DNA of 63,076 nt, counting the filler, from Collodictyon triciliatum (taxonomy: Eukaryota), in the NCBI GenBank assembly GCA_043381765.1. It is 19 parts of 19 records of this genome, joined end to end, with 100 filler letters (N's around TTAATTAATTAA, not from the genome) between each part and the next. Parts side by side here need not be neighbours in the genome. Positions count along the whole stretch, not along the records: positions 47,023 to 50,155 come from JBHJMP010007747.1; positions 50,256 to 53,387 come from JBHJMP010007748.1; positions 53,488 to 56,618 come from JBHJMP010007749.1; positions 56,719 to 59,848 come from JBHJMP010007750.1; positions 59,949 to 63,076 come from JBHJMP010007751.1; 14 more parts are not named here. One strand, given 5' to 3'. Shown here one piece after another: positions 49,439 to 61,822 of this stretch. A model generated the notes under the pieces. It did no database searches, had not been told where the DNA came from, and saw only the letters and a program-made list of their open reading frames with translations. Both the position numbers and the translations under genes were made by a program. Numbering within the stretch: the first letter of the stretch is position 1; every line of letters starts with the position of its first letter.

Positions 49439-51732
49439 CCTTGCTTATCCTTCGACGCTGCTTGGCCTTTTCGTCCCTCGCCAAAATAAAAAACAGAGAA
49501 GTTGAAAAAAAAAAGGGGGGGAAAGAACAACGAAGAAAAGAAAAAGAAGGTGTGGGTGATATGCCAAAGTCACACGCCGCAAAGATACGATTCAGGCTGA
49601 AGCGCTCCTCCCTTGATTACCGAACTGGAATATATTCCACATTTAATTTTGTTTTCATTTCCAGAATAAGTTTTTCCTCTGGGCGGTACTATTTCCTAAA
49701 TTGCTCTCCCGAAAAGGGCAGTGTGATGCAAGAAAAAATCTGATGCGAAACATGCGTTCATCACCACCACCCTTCCGAATCCAAACAGACAAGCAGGAAA
49801 ACCACCGGAACGAAGGCACAAACAAAACAACCCGAGCATCCTTTCGTTTTCCAGTCCTTCCCCAAAGAGATCACTAAAGCAATAAATGACGCTGCAAACA
49901 AGCAAGAGGGACTCTGGGGTGAATCCATCAGAAAAAAAAAGCAAATAACGAAAACAACCAGACACAAAACTGGCACAAAACAGCCTGCACATGAGTTTGT
50001 TAGGAGAAACAAGAAGAAAAAAACAGAGCGATTCATACAGAGGACTAGGATAAGTCAGCCCGAAAAATAAGCAAGAGACGAGAGCTGGGGAAGCCAGAGT
50101 CTCGTAGGTCAAATTATGATTACAAGAAGAACAAACTCTGGTATTGAACGATGACNNNNNNNNNNNNNNNNNNNNNNNNNNNNNNNNNNNNNNNNNNNNT
50201 TAATTAATTAANNNNNNNNNNNNNNNNNNNNNNNNNNNNNNNNNNNNNNNNNNNNTCCTTTCCTTTCCTTTCCTTTCCTTTCCTTTCCTTTCCTTTCCTT
50301 TCCTTTCCTTTCCTTTCCTTTCCTTTCCTTTCCTTTCCTTTCCTTTCCTTTTTTCTTTTCTTTCTTTCGTGGGACAACAAAACCGCAAGATGTCGCAGGC
50401 GCGCAAAAACAAAACCGCAACAAAACCGCAACAAAAACAACAAAAACAACAAAAACAACAAAAACAACAAAAACAACAAAAACAACAAAAACAACAAAAA
50501 CAACAAAAACAACAAAAGAAGGGTTTCGAAAGTGCCTCTATTTTTCCTCTTGGCGAATAGCCCAGTTTCCTCTTGGGATCTACCACCTTTCAACACCGCC
50601 GCTTCTTAAACGCAAAGAATATTGCGTGGGTGACTTCATCCGATTCTTTTTCGTCGCATTTAAATGAATAGAGCAGAATTCTAACAAAAAAAACAAAAAC
50701 AAAAACAAAAACAACCGTTTGGAGTCCAGAAATAGTATCTGCCCCACGAAAAAGAAAAAAAAAAAGACAGGCAGCCGTGGGCGAAGGGTGCGTGAAAGAG
50801 TACGAAGCAGGGGTATCGGGCCTGGAAAGACGATGCGCACTTTCATCTTTGGAGCCTGCGAGCCGCTCGCTTGGCGGTTTGGTCTGATTTTCAAAGCCCC
50901 GTAGCCAACGTGCTTCTATATTGCTGTGCATTTTTTTTTTTTTTTGCACAAACACCTTTATTAGCTGCCTGTTTATCGCCTCATGGCTGAGCTTCGTTGA
51001 CTTCCACCCAGCACAGGAAAATGGTAGATGCTATTTCGTCTTTATTGGGCTCGGCGCCCACCGCCCTGCTCAACTCAAGCTTCATCCAAATACCAGCAAC
51101 CATCGTTTTCCAGTGCCGGTGGCAGCCCCTCTGACTTTGCGAGCGCTTGGATGCTTCTCGTCGGAGTGAACTTGTTGTGCAGCCGCATTGGTGTTGGTGG
51201 CCTTTGCTGCATCGTGATAGCCACGCAAACACAGAATGAAAGGAGGTGGAAAGGCTCTCGAGCCGGGTCTTTTCATCACAAACAGAAGCAGAGTCGTCGA
51301 AGGGGCAAATAACCGTCTTTCAGCCTTGGATCAGAAATGGGATAGGCTGCGGCTGTTGCTGACTCGCCGCAGAGATTCACAGTCTCTATCCCCTCACACA
51401 GAGCCGCTAGTCTTGTGACTCGATCAAAAGTGTGAAGAAAAAACAAAAACAAAGATAACGCAGCGTAAAGCAAAAAGTGTGTTTCTGATCTACAAGTCAC
51501 TCGCCACCGTCACAACACACACATACACACAGCCATGGCAGCCTTGCTCTCGACTCACAACACAAACTTATCATTCCTCTTCCTGAAGGGCACTCACTTA
51601 TTAACCCGCACATCATTCTCTCTTTCCTCTTCTTTTTCTTTCTATTTGATCTTCCTAAAGTCGCACTTTCTTTCTCGCTCTCCCTCCTTTTCCTCACCTC
51701 CACAGAGCAACTCCAGACGCACCAGACTCCTC

Positions 51733-52662
51733 ATGGGCTACGACTCTGATCAGTTCGTGCAGGCGATCGAAGAGGATCTCTTCTGCTCGATCTGCCAAGA
51801 AGTCTTCCGCAATCCCTCTGAAGTCCGCTGCTGCCGACAGCTCTATTGCCGGCCGTGCCTGGACGATTGGCTTCAACGCTCGCGAACCTGTCCACTATGC
51901 CGCAAACCACTCAGCAGCGGCGATCTTATGCCGCCCCATCCCATCATCCGCAACATGCTTGGACGGCTGCTTATCCGCTGCGATCGGTTCAAGGAAGGCT
52001 GCAGCTTCACAGGCCGCCTATCAGACTTGGACAAGCACGACAAGGAAGAATGCATCTACCGCCCGGTTCCTTGTCCAGCTGGCTGTGGAGAATCCGTCGC
52101 TGCACGCAGCCTCGACTCACATCACCGCACATGTACACACAACAGAGACCCACACGAAATCCACAAGGAGTTTCTTGAGCTGCAGAAGCGGATGCTGGCT
52201 TTGGAGGCCCGCCTTGCCCTCTCGCCACTCGAGCTGCAAAATCCTGTTCAAGCATCTCCATCGACTCTGCCGCGAAGTCCTTTGCAGCCACCCGCTGAAC
52301 TTCCTCACGGCCAGGCTCTCTTCTCTTCCCCTTCATATCAAAACCCAGTGCCCAGTACAACCCTTGCGATGCCAGCACTGATACCAGCACCAATATCAAC
52401 ACCAGAATCAGTACCAGCACTAGCTCCGTCTTCTGTGATTGCTCCTTGTGTCCATCGTTGGGAGCGAGATCTCTGCCGCATCTGCGTCAAGTGTCTCCAG
52501 TGCACGGAGTATGGCCGCACTTGTGTGTGCCAGCGGGACAACCCCAGTCGCAGAGTGCAGGCTGGCGATGTGTGTGGTTGCGGCTCCGGTGTTGCAGGTT
52601 GTACAAGCTGCCGTATCTGTTGGAGATGTGCGGGGTTGCCACGTGCGCCATCTGTTCGTTAG
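51733..52662 (+). CDS. Intronless RING + TRAF-type zinc-finger protein with C-terminal Cys-rich domain (putative E3 ligase)
   Basis: MGYDSDQF...CSICQEVF...C..YCRPC...CPLCR (RING), then C..FKEGC...H...C.YRPVPCPAGC...H...C (TRAF zinc finger), a short coiled coil, a Pro-rich linker and a Cys-rich tail. TAG at 52660-52662. Confidence 0.88.
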   Translation: MGYDSDQFVQAIEEDLFCSICQEVFRNPSEVRCCRQLYCRPCLDDWLQRSRTCPLCRKPLSSGDLMPPHPIIRNMLGRLLIRCDRFKEGCSFTGRLSDLDKHDKEECIYRPVPCPAGCGESVAARSLDSHHRTCTHNRDPHEIHKEFLELQKRMLALEARLALSPLELQNPVQASPSTLPRSPLQPPAELPHGQALFSSPSYQNPVPSTTLAMPALIPAPISTPESVPALAPSSVIAPCVHRWERDLCRICVKCLQCTEYGRTCVCQRDNPSRRVQAGDVCGCGSGVAGCTSCRICWRCAGLPRAPSVR

Positions 52663-54125
52663 GACTAGCTTTTTGTTGAGTTGTTGCTGCGCATACTCAG
52701 GTAAGATTCTCGCTCTACAGCACTCCCGATTTTCTCGTTTGATGTTTGCGGAGCGTAGTTACATCATGATATTAAAAAGGAAAAAAAAAGAATTTGCACC
52801 CACAGATATTATTTTTTTCACTATATACATACTATTTTAGTATGAACGTGAATCGTATTTACATACCAACTCTTGTATTTTTTTTGATAGGGAAAAGGAA
52901 TCATTTACACCTGGAGCGTTGCAAATTATAACAGTAGTCTTTTAGTCTTGGATACTAGTGGAACTGGTGCATTATCCCGCTTTGAAGATTTACGTATTCT
53001 TTAGAGAGGAAGTCCGCGCATCCTCGCATCCTCGCATCCTCACATCCTCGCATCCCTTACACAAAAGTTTTTTTTCTACCCAAGCTCGAATAGATAAAAA
53101 ATAATGAAAAATAATACACCTGCATTATTGATATAAACCTCCATCCAAAAAATAACAAAAAAGACACTGGTGGGCGTCTTCATGAAAAAGTCTGATACTG
53201 TGGTTCTTTCACGCGCCGCAAAATAGCAACCTCAAGTGCGAATACATACCTTATTTTGTTAAACCGATTCCAAGTGTGGAAAATAATCGGAGTTCATTAC
53301 GAAGTCTTTACGATGCCGCTTTCGGATCTGGGGTAAAACAAACAAAAAACAAACAAAACAAAACAAAACAAAAAAAAAACAAAAAAANNNNNNNNNNNNN
53401 NNNNNNNNNNNNNNNNNNNNNNNNNNNNNNNTTAATTAATTAANNNNNNNNNNNNNNNNNNNNNNNNNNNNNNNNNNNNNNNNNNNNAGTCTTTGGGGTT
53501 GGCGGGGGTTTTGCCTGGGTTGGTGTGTGCGCTGACTCTGGAATCGGCGCGAGCTGTGGTGTGGCTTCGCCTTTGTTGTGGCGCAGCGTCCAAATTTGGA
53601 TGTAAAGGGTGGAGAGGGGTATGAAGCTAAATCTCGGCCAGCAGGCACACCACACTCAACCAGCCGAGTCCAGTGCTGTTCGCAGACCACATTCTCGTCG
53701 CCAAAGTGAGGCTTGTTTGTCAATGGTGTGGTTTTCGTGCAAAGCCAAAGGGAGGGCTTCGACCGGGCTCTATTCCCAAGTCGGTTGCACGCGGACTATA
53801 TTCAAGAATTCCGAGCACTGAGACCACACGTCCACAATCACAGTTGTGCGCGTGATCGATAGGTGCGAGTGGTGATGCCGAAGGAAAAGAAAAACGAAAG
53901 GAAAAGAAGAAATTAAAAAAAAAAGGAATCAAAATTAAAAACGAATAAACGAACAAAAAAAAAAAAAAGAAAGGCAAAACGGTAGAAATGGAAGAGATCT
54001 TGTGTTGAGAGATTCGCACCAGAGGCGTGTTTGGCGAGAAGTGCTCCCCTTGTGATGGAGGGCTGATCAATCATTGTCGAACAGGAGAGCAAAGGCAGTA
54101 GAGGAAAACAAACAACCGAGCCCAA

Positions 54126-55662
54126 ATGGCAGAAGCGTCTTCCTCATCATCTGCAGACACTTCTGTGGGGCCGAAAAAAGCCGCAGCAACCCCAGGTGGG
54201 CCGGGTGGAGCCAAGAAGCAGGTCTTTGTTGTCCTGGAGCACTGTCCGCTCGAGACTGGAAAGGTAAGATGATGGCATCAAACCTTCGAATGTCTTCAGC
54301 AACACACTCAAGAAAGAAAAAAAAAAGTATAAAGCCATAAAGTCAAAAGACGGAAGTAAAAGAAAAAAAAACTTCACCAAAGAGGAGGATAAATAAAATA
54401 AAATAAATAAATTCTTAAAAAAAAAAAAGAAAAGAAAAGATAAAACAAGTAAGCGCATACAGCAAAACTGACGAAAAATCCCACGATTAGATCGGAAAAG
54501 ATTTTGTGCTGCTCAACTGCGACGACCACAAAAACTTTCTCAAGAAGCACGGAAAGGACCCAGCTGACTACCGACCAGACATCGCCCATCAGGTATATTT
54601 GCTTTAGCCTGCCCCAAAGTGCCCACCCACACATAAACAGGCACATATACGGGCGCCGGCCTTTCCAGGAGATCTTTTCAACTTCCTTCATTTGCAAGCC
54701 TGGTAGAGTCAAACCACGGCTTGATGCTGCTGCATACAACTTTGCCAGACTCAGAGCTAATCCATCCAATGCTGCGCACTGCACAGTGTCTTCTCACATT
54801 ACTAGACAGCCCTCTCAATAAGGCCGGCTATCTTCGTATCTTTCTGCACACAAAAAACAACACCTTGATCGAAGTGAGCCCGCACATCCGTATCCCTCGT
54901 ACCTACAAGCGTTTTGCGGGGCTGATGGGTTTGTTACAGCAAGCAGACTGATTTAAATATCTACATGTGTGTATCCGTCAGATGCCATGGACTAATCAAT
55001 TTACATGAATTCAGTTCAACTGCTTCACGATATGGTCATTCGCGCGGGAAGCGGATCAGAGAAGCTGATGCATGTGATAAAAAATCCCGTGACTGATCAT
55101 CTCCCCGTTGGATGCCCCAAAATCAGTAACTCACATGCTTAATATCACAAACTCGATATGATTACTGGCTTTATATCATGACAGTGAGCCTCTTTGATGG
55201 AAAGAGATACGAAAATCAAAAAGAATTTGAAAAAGCATGAAAATAGCAAACCTCTAAAACATTCTTGCACCATACATCTTGATCTTATTTTTAATATAAT
55301 AATTTTGTTCGCCTGTTTGATTTCATTTTCATTTTCAAATCTGTTTTTTTTTTTCCATATATTTTGAAGAAGCGAGGTTTCAAAGTAAATCCTTTGGCTA
55401 ACAATTTTTCCTCTTCTTTTTTTTTTCTTCCGATCTCACAGAGTGTTCGTACAATTGCGAAAAGCTTGTCGATCTGAAGCAGTATCTTCCCACATTCTCC
55501 GGCCAAAACGCCATTTGTTTTGTAGTCGGAGGCTTCTCCCATGGCAGCATCGAAATAGACTACAACACCGACACGATTGCATTTTCAGAATACCCTCTGA
55601 GTGCCTCCGTTGCTTGTGGGCGTCTGTGCACAACATTCGAGCAGATGTGGGGGATTCTCTAA
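54126..55662 (+). CDS. EMG1: 18S rRNA pseudouridine methyltransferase Nep1/EMG1, complete (5 exons)
   Basis: [12 protein letters not shown]|...LLNCDDH...[21 protein letters not shown]...[18 protein letters not shown]...[10 protein letters not shown]...YPLSASVAC...FEQMWGIL*, ending in TAA. Confidence 0.96.
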
Positions 55663-56032
55663 CTCGGTCGAAACAATCCTTGGAGATACTGATTCCAGAG
55701 AGGTTTCAAGCAATAAAAATGAATATTAATTCTTGCGAGTTTTGACAGAAAAAAAATAATGAAAGGACAAAATGAAGCGGTAAAGCAAACAAGTATCCGT
55801 CAATGGCGGAGGGTTTTGAGCCCCACTTCGGTCTCTTAGCTCCTGTCTCTATCGGGTCTGTTATCTTTGTATCGGTAATTTTATCGCAAATTGAACACGA
55901 TTCGAGTATAATTGTAACGAAAATGATATGCGAATATCAGCACATTAGCAAAATAGTGCCCCTTTTTTTTTATTTCATGAGTGCAAAGTGGCAGTGAGGT
56001 TATTATTATTATTTGTAAGAAACACACTAGGG

Positions 56033-56618
56033 TTAGGAATCCGGTGGCGTTGGGCCTTTGTCTCGTCTTGCGGGTCTTGTGCGGGATTCGACACGACTAT
56101 TGTACAGCGACATAACGCAGTCCACAGAGTGCCTGATGGCCCTTAGGGTCTCGAAAAACGCGTGATTTTCTGAAACATGTGCAGAGTCTATCACAGAGCC
56201 GGGTTGCTGGGAGAGGAAAGTGGTTGTGTATGAGTACAAGTCGTTCGCTGTGTCATCGACCTTTCCTGTGCTATCCCTGGCACTCATGCGGTGTGATGTC
56301 TTGGCCTGGGAGCGGTCCTTGGCAACTTGCGCGTGGAGTCGTGAGGGATTCATTGGTCTGGAGTTTAAGAGCTTGCTTCTTTGGCGATGAAGGTCGGTCT
56401 GAGGTTGATTGCTCCTTTTCTTTGTGACCTTGAATCCCGTTTGGTTGGACTGCTTCATGGCCGCTGGGCGACGTTGTTTCATTTGTATGCGGTTTGGTGG
56501 GCGTGTATGTTTGGATTCAACTCTGGTGTGCTTTGTAGCTCTTTTGAGCGTGTTATCTTCCATAGACAACGAGGAAGAGGAGGAGGAGGAAGAGGAGGAG
56601 GAGGAGGAGGAGGAGGAG
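56033..56618 (-). CDS. Hypothetical low-complexity protein, last exon
   Basis: An open frame of about 195 codons runs from the (TCC)n contig end to TAA at 56033. No family recognised. Confidence 0.4.
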
Positions 56619-56958
56619 NNNNNNNNNNNNNNNNNNNNNNNNNNNNNNNNNNNNNNNNNNNNTTAATTAATTAANNNNNNNNNNNNNNNNNNNNNNNNNN
56701 NNNNNNNNNNNNNNNNNNAAAAAAAAAAAAAAAAAAAAAAAAAGAAAAAAAGAAAAAAAGAAAAAAAGAAAAAAAGAAAAAAAGAAAAAAAGAAAAAAAG
56801 AGTTAATATGTGAATTTCAAAGGCTTAACAATTTGTTTCATTATTGTTCAAAGCTCCTTTCTTCCAGTAAAAAGCATCAGAAAAAAGCAACAGTAAATAT
56901 TCAAAAAAAAAAAAAAGGACCAATTATTGGGTAGAGAAGATTCAAGAGAGCTAATCAC

Positions 56959-58084
56959 CTGAAAGTCTGTTGTTAAGTAGAACTAAAGAAAGCATCGTCC
57001 CATGGTTGTAATTGGGTATTGATCCTTTATCAAATTATATATAAGAGAGAGTCTGGACAATATCATGACGTAAACAGTTAAACCTGATACAAGAGTGTTA
57101 AATATGCTGATTGTGATAATATTATGAAGCTTGGAAAACGTGGGCAGCTGTCCTACATTTCACATAAGAATATTAATAATATTGACTAAAATTATTTATA
57201 CAAATTATCTCTCGCATTAATTTAAAATAAAAAAGAACCTCTCAGTTTGTTTTTCTGAATACCCAAGTCTAATAAGTTTGGGAGATTATAGTCTGGTATG
57301 GTGCCTATGAGAGAAGTTTTTTTTTTTTAAAAAAAAGGAAGAACGAAATCATACAGCAGTAAATATAGATTATTGTTAAGAACCTGTAAGCATATTTTCG
57401 GACAGGTCAAGTGTTTCTAGATATGGTGTGTTCACTAAAGAGGGCAGATTGCCTAATTTATTATTGTTGTTACTATGGCTTTTTTTCAAAAATATATCTA
57501 TAAACAATATAAAATCTTGTCTGAGGGCCGGACTTCAACTAACGCAAACATAAAAAATAAATTTGAATACAATTTTTACCAACTGTTAAATGGAAAGTAT
57601 TTACCCATATGCTGATTATGACCATCAAATATCATTTTTAGAATAGGCGTATCAATAAATTCCGGTACAGTACCTAGGAGCAAGTATTCCATGAAGCATT
57701 TGTAAATATAACTAAACAAAATACATTTTTTTCATAAGCTGAGACATTTGAAAAAAAAACCTGATATTTGATTTAATCCAATATTGACCAAAGTTAGCAT
57801 AGGACAATCAAACTTGGGTATTTCACCTTTCACATTACCAGAAATTAGAAGAGTTAATTGTATTTGTATTGTTTTGTGCGATACAGATATATACTATTTC
57901 CATTAGTGTTACATAGGATATTACATATTGCCACAAGAAAGGAGAGAATAGTGTCGGTACCCTCAAGTGCATTAAAAAAGGCAATGAAAAACTCTAAGAG
58001 CGGTACTCCATAAACAGACGGGATAGTTCCTATGAATAATTATTAATTTTGCCATCTTCAACTTCAGCTATAAGAAGCAGGTCC

Positions 58085-58115
<31 letters not shown>

Positions 58116-59684
58116 GGTTCGATGGATACCTGATAATTTGTTATTGGAAAAGTCCATATATCCCAAGAACGGCATACTCGGCCATAAGGGTATTGTCCCT
58201 ATTTGTATTAGTTCAACATAATTATTCCAAAATTGTCTCGTTAAGTCTTTCTTACACTGAAAAGAAAAATATCATGAATATATTGACCTTTTAGATTATT
58301 TGCACTTAAATTTACATATTGTACTGCCCTCAAATGGCTGAAATGGGGAAAAGTTCCTAATATATGTATATATCAATTAGATTCCTTTAGTAATATACAT
58401 TTGTCCAATACAATATGGAAAAAAAAGTATTCGAGTTGATTCAAGATTACCCTCCAAATTATTTTCTGTAAGGTAGATTAAACGAAGGTGGGGATTATGC
58501 CAGAAATGAGGCACTAAACCTAATACATGCGAAACTGGTCATTAGGCTGCTTTATATACAAAAGCCATTAAAAGATTTACTGGTATCTAAAAATGTATCC
58601 CGGTAAACCTGTAATGGAAGTACTGAATACAAAAACTTCTAAAAGCAGCGGATTTCCCATAAAATCAGGAAGCTCGCCTATGAATCAAAAATGTGTATAC
58701 AAATATATATTAACAAATGAACATTTATCAAAATTTAAAGGCTTGTGTACTTGATCCATAAAGTAAATAGAATCAGCTTACCACTAAGATTGTTCTCCCC
58801 GACTGAAAGGGTTTCAAGGAAGGAAGCTCTATGAAAGTTAGGTGTAGAGCCGCTGAAATTGTTGCTTGAAACATCAAGCGCGGAAAGTATCGGCATATCA
58901 TCAAAATTCGGAATTTTTCCAGAGATCAGGTTACCGGATAATATTATATTAGAAAGGGAAGGCAATGACTCGTCAACAAGAGTTCCGTACAAGTAATTTT
59001 TATCAAGATGAATACTTGATAACCATGGCATATTCTTGATAACAGAAAATAGAGCGCCTGCATCCCCAGATAAAAAATTATCCCTTAGGTTGATTGAAAT
59101 GACTGGGCAGATGTTCCCCTAAATGGATCGAGAAATCATTTATTTAATCTGCAGAAGCAAGATAGTAGAACGATTAATGGTCAGCGAGGTGTGATATGAA
59201 GATTGCAAAAGTCAATAAAAAATAATACCATAATATCTGACTCTGCACACGTCTCAAGACATTGGATTCCATACCAGAAACAAATTGGAATAGACGAGTT
59301 TTTCCAACCGTAGCTCTCCAACCACAAATCGCCGTTGAAGTATTCGTAAAAATCAACCAATGATTCATACAAAACATTTGAATAGGTATCCCTTTTATTA
59401 TAGTCCGAGTTTCTGTGTATCATAAAATGAGCTCCTGGGATAGTGCTTGATGGGTCTACTGAAATAGACTCAAGTGTATATTCATATGTGCGTATTGACT
59501 CGGGCATCGCAATTGAATCCTTTTCACCATATTTTAATTCACAAATAAACTCATGTAGTTCAAGAAGCAGAGATATTGCTTCATGGTGAGAGAGAAGCAA
59601 CAAGTCTTCTTTGGTGGCCTCGCATACCATATCCATATCACGGGTGCTTTTGAAGATTCCGACAATTTGTATTTTGATGAGCAT
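56959..59684 (-). CDS. LRR receptor-like protein (plant-type LRRs with N-terminal cap), partial
   Basis: Cap LVDFYEYFNGDLWLESYGW...ICFWYGIQC, followed by LxxLxLxxNxLSGxIP repeats. The distal repeats are encoded one per 66-69-nt exon. Confidence 0.88.
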
Positions 59685-59753
59685 AGTTTTTGAATAGATG
59701 AATGATTAACTCTTATCACACTGGTACGAAAAATACCGATACGAAAAATAACA

Positions 59754-59848
<95 letters not shown>

Positions 59849-60399
59849 NNNNNNNNNNNNNNNNNNNNNNNNNNNNNNNNNNNNNNNNNNNNTTAATTAA
59901 TTAANNNNNNNNNNNNNNNNNNNNNNNNNNNNNNNNNNNNNNNNNNNNTATTGCGTTTTTTTTTTATTGTTCCCTTCAACTCTGTCTCTCTCAGAGTGTT
60001 CACCACATTTATTGACGTTGTGAGATATAGAATATATCAACCCTTATGAAAATTTCTATTCACGCAAACAAACAAACAAACAAACAAACAAACAAACAAA
60101 CAAACAAACAAATAAATAAATAAACATGCAAACAAACAAGCAAACAAACAAGCGAAGGGACATATTTATAGCGTAGATTTACAGCTGTGGACATGAAAAG
60201 ATGAGGGAACGATGATATTAACCACACAAGCAAACAAATGATAGCAATAATTGCAGGAAAAAGATAAAGGTAAAAAAGCTTTAAAGGAGGAGAACATAGG
60301 AAACGAAAGCAGTGCGAAGCATAAGAAAAAAAAAGAGATGGAAGAAGGAAGAAAAAGAAGCAGAAAAAAAGGGGGAGGAAACAAACATCAGCCTTCCTA

Positions 60400-61188
60400 T
60401 CAAGTGCTTTTAAATGAATAGATAGCAAGGGACAAGAAATTGAACATGACGGGGAAGATGCTGTTCACAAATGACTCTCCAAAGCGCACGCCGTTTGGCT
60501 GGGCCTTCTCTCTGAACGATGGGACGAGGACAGAATGGTGGAGATGAGCCCAGACATAGGGCGTAACCAAAAGGACCAACTGCACAAAGGCAAACAGCCT
60601 CCACTTCAGCCCCGAGTAAAAAAACGGAGAGTCTGCGCAACAGACCGCCGTCAGCGAGCCGAGCGCCAAGGAAACCAGCATCACCAGAACCAGATTCAAG
60701 AACCCGACAAGCACAAAGCCCGGATAGTACAGGTCGGCGCAGAATGCTTGGTTGCAGGAGTCGTAGTCTCCATAGACAAGGCGGTCGTCACCATAGCACG
60801 CCCCAGAGGCGTAGAAGCGAAAGAGGCCAAACTCATAGCGCGCCTCGCATTCCTCCGAGTCAAGCAGCTCCACAATGCTCCACTGATCCGCCCCGAGGAC
60901 GGCTATGATCCACACAATGCTCGCCACGTTGAATAAGATGCAGCACACACGAAACACCCAGTCTGCGCACAGTGCGCGCACGACGCTTCGGAGCAGCGGC
61001 GAGTTGGAGAAGATTTCTGCGGGCAGAAAAGCCTCGTCTCGTGGCCGGATGGAGCCGTCGGCTGAGCCTGTTTCGTAGTCTTCTCCGAGAAACATCTCCA
61101 GCAGCTCGACGGAGTTGTGGCTTGGGCTCTGGGTGGCCTGTCGCAAGGACTCTGGTCCAAGCAGGATGGATCCGTGCCGGTGCGTCAT
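60400..61188 (-). CDS. Four-TM membrane protein, claudin/PMP22-like
   Basis: TM1 is followed by DQW...FGLF...C...C...C in a long loop (W-GLW-C-C-like), then three further hydrophobic segments, the last preceded by FGESF. Confidence 0.55.
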   Translation of the reverse strand: MTHRHGSILLGPESLRQATQSPSHNSVELLEMFLGEDYETGSADGSIRPRDEAFLPAEIFSNSPLLRSVVRALCADWVFRVCCILFNVASIVWIIAVLGADQWSIVELLDSEECEARYEFGLFRFYASGACYGDDRLVYGDYDSCNQAFCADLYYPGFVLVGFLNLVLVMLVSLALGSLTAVCCADSPFFYSGLKWRLFAFVQLVLLVTPYVWAHLHHSVLVPSFREKAQPNGVRFGESFVNSIFPVMFNFLSLAIYSFKST

Positions 61189-61505
61189 TGGAGAGGTCTG
61201 GGGAAGGCAACGGCACATAAGGTGACTGTTTTGCAAGACTTTCTTTTCTTTTTTTCTTTTTCTTCTTTTTTTCTTTTTTTCTTTTTTTCTTTTTTTTTCT
61301 TCGACGCGGCTGGTTGATGCCCGATCCAAGCCATTTTGTAAGCTCTGGAGAGGGCGAGCTTGGATTGGAAAAAAAAACCCATATATTAGATACGGTAAAA
61401 GTTGTCAGTCATTCGCTAAACGGGGCGCCTCGTACTTTTCGTTCTTGCCCTAACAATTATATTTTTTCCTTTATTCGGTTCAAGGGAAGGAATAATTTTA
61501 CCCTG

Positions 61506-61609
<104 letters not shown>

Positions 61610-61822
61610 TATTATTATTATTATTATTATTATCATTTGTGCTGGAATTACACTGGGTTGTGGTGCTTTTGTCTCGTCGGTTAGATATGTGATATTATTG
61701 TATTGCCATTTATTTAAGGCTGAACGGACGACGAATTTTTTTACGCAACTGAGTTGTGGGGAAGCGAGTGGGCCGCTCCTCGGATGTTGTGCCCAATCCC
61801 AATCTATCCTGCTAGAAGGAAC

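Noticed and set aside
4887-59904. Regularly spaced TTAATTAATTAA as a CRISPR-like or biological repeat
   Set aside because: It is always embedded in N44 on both sides and puts stops in six frames, so it is an assembly linker.
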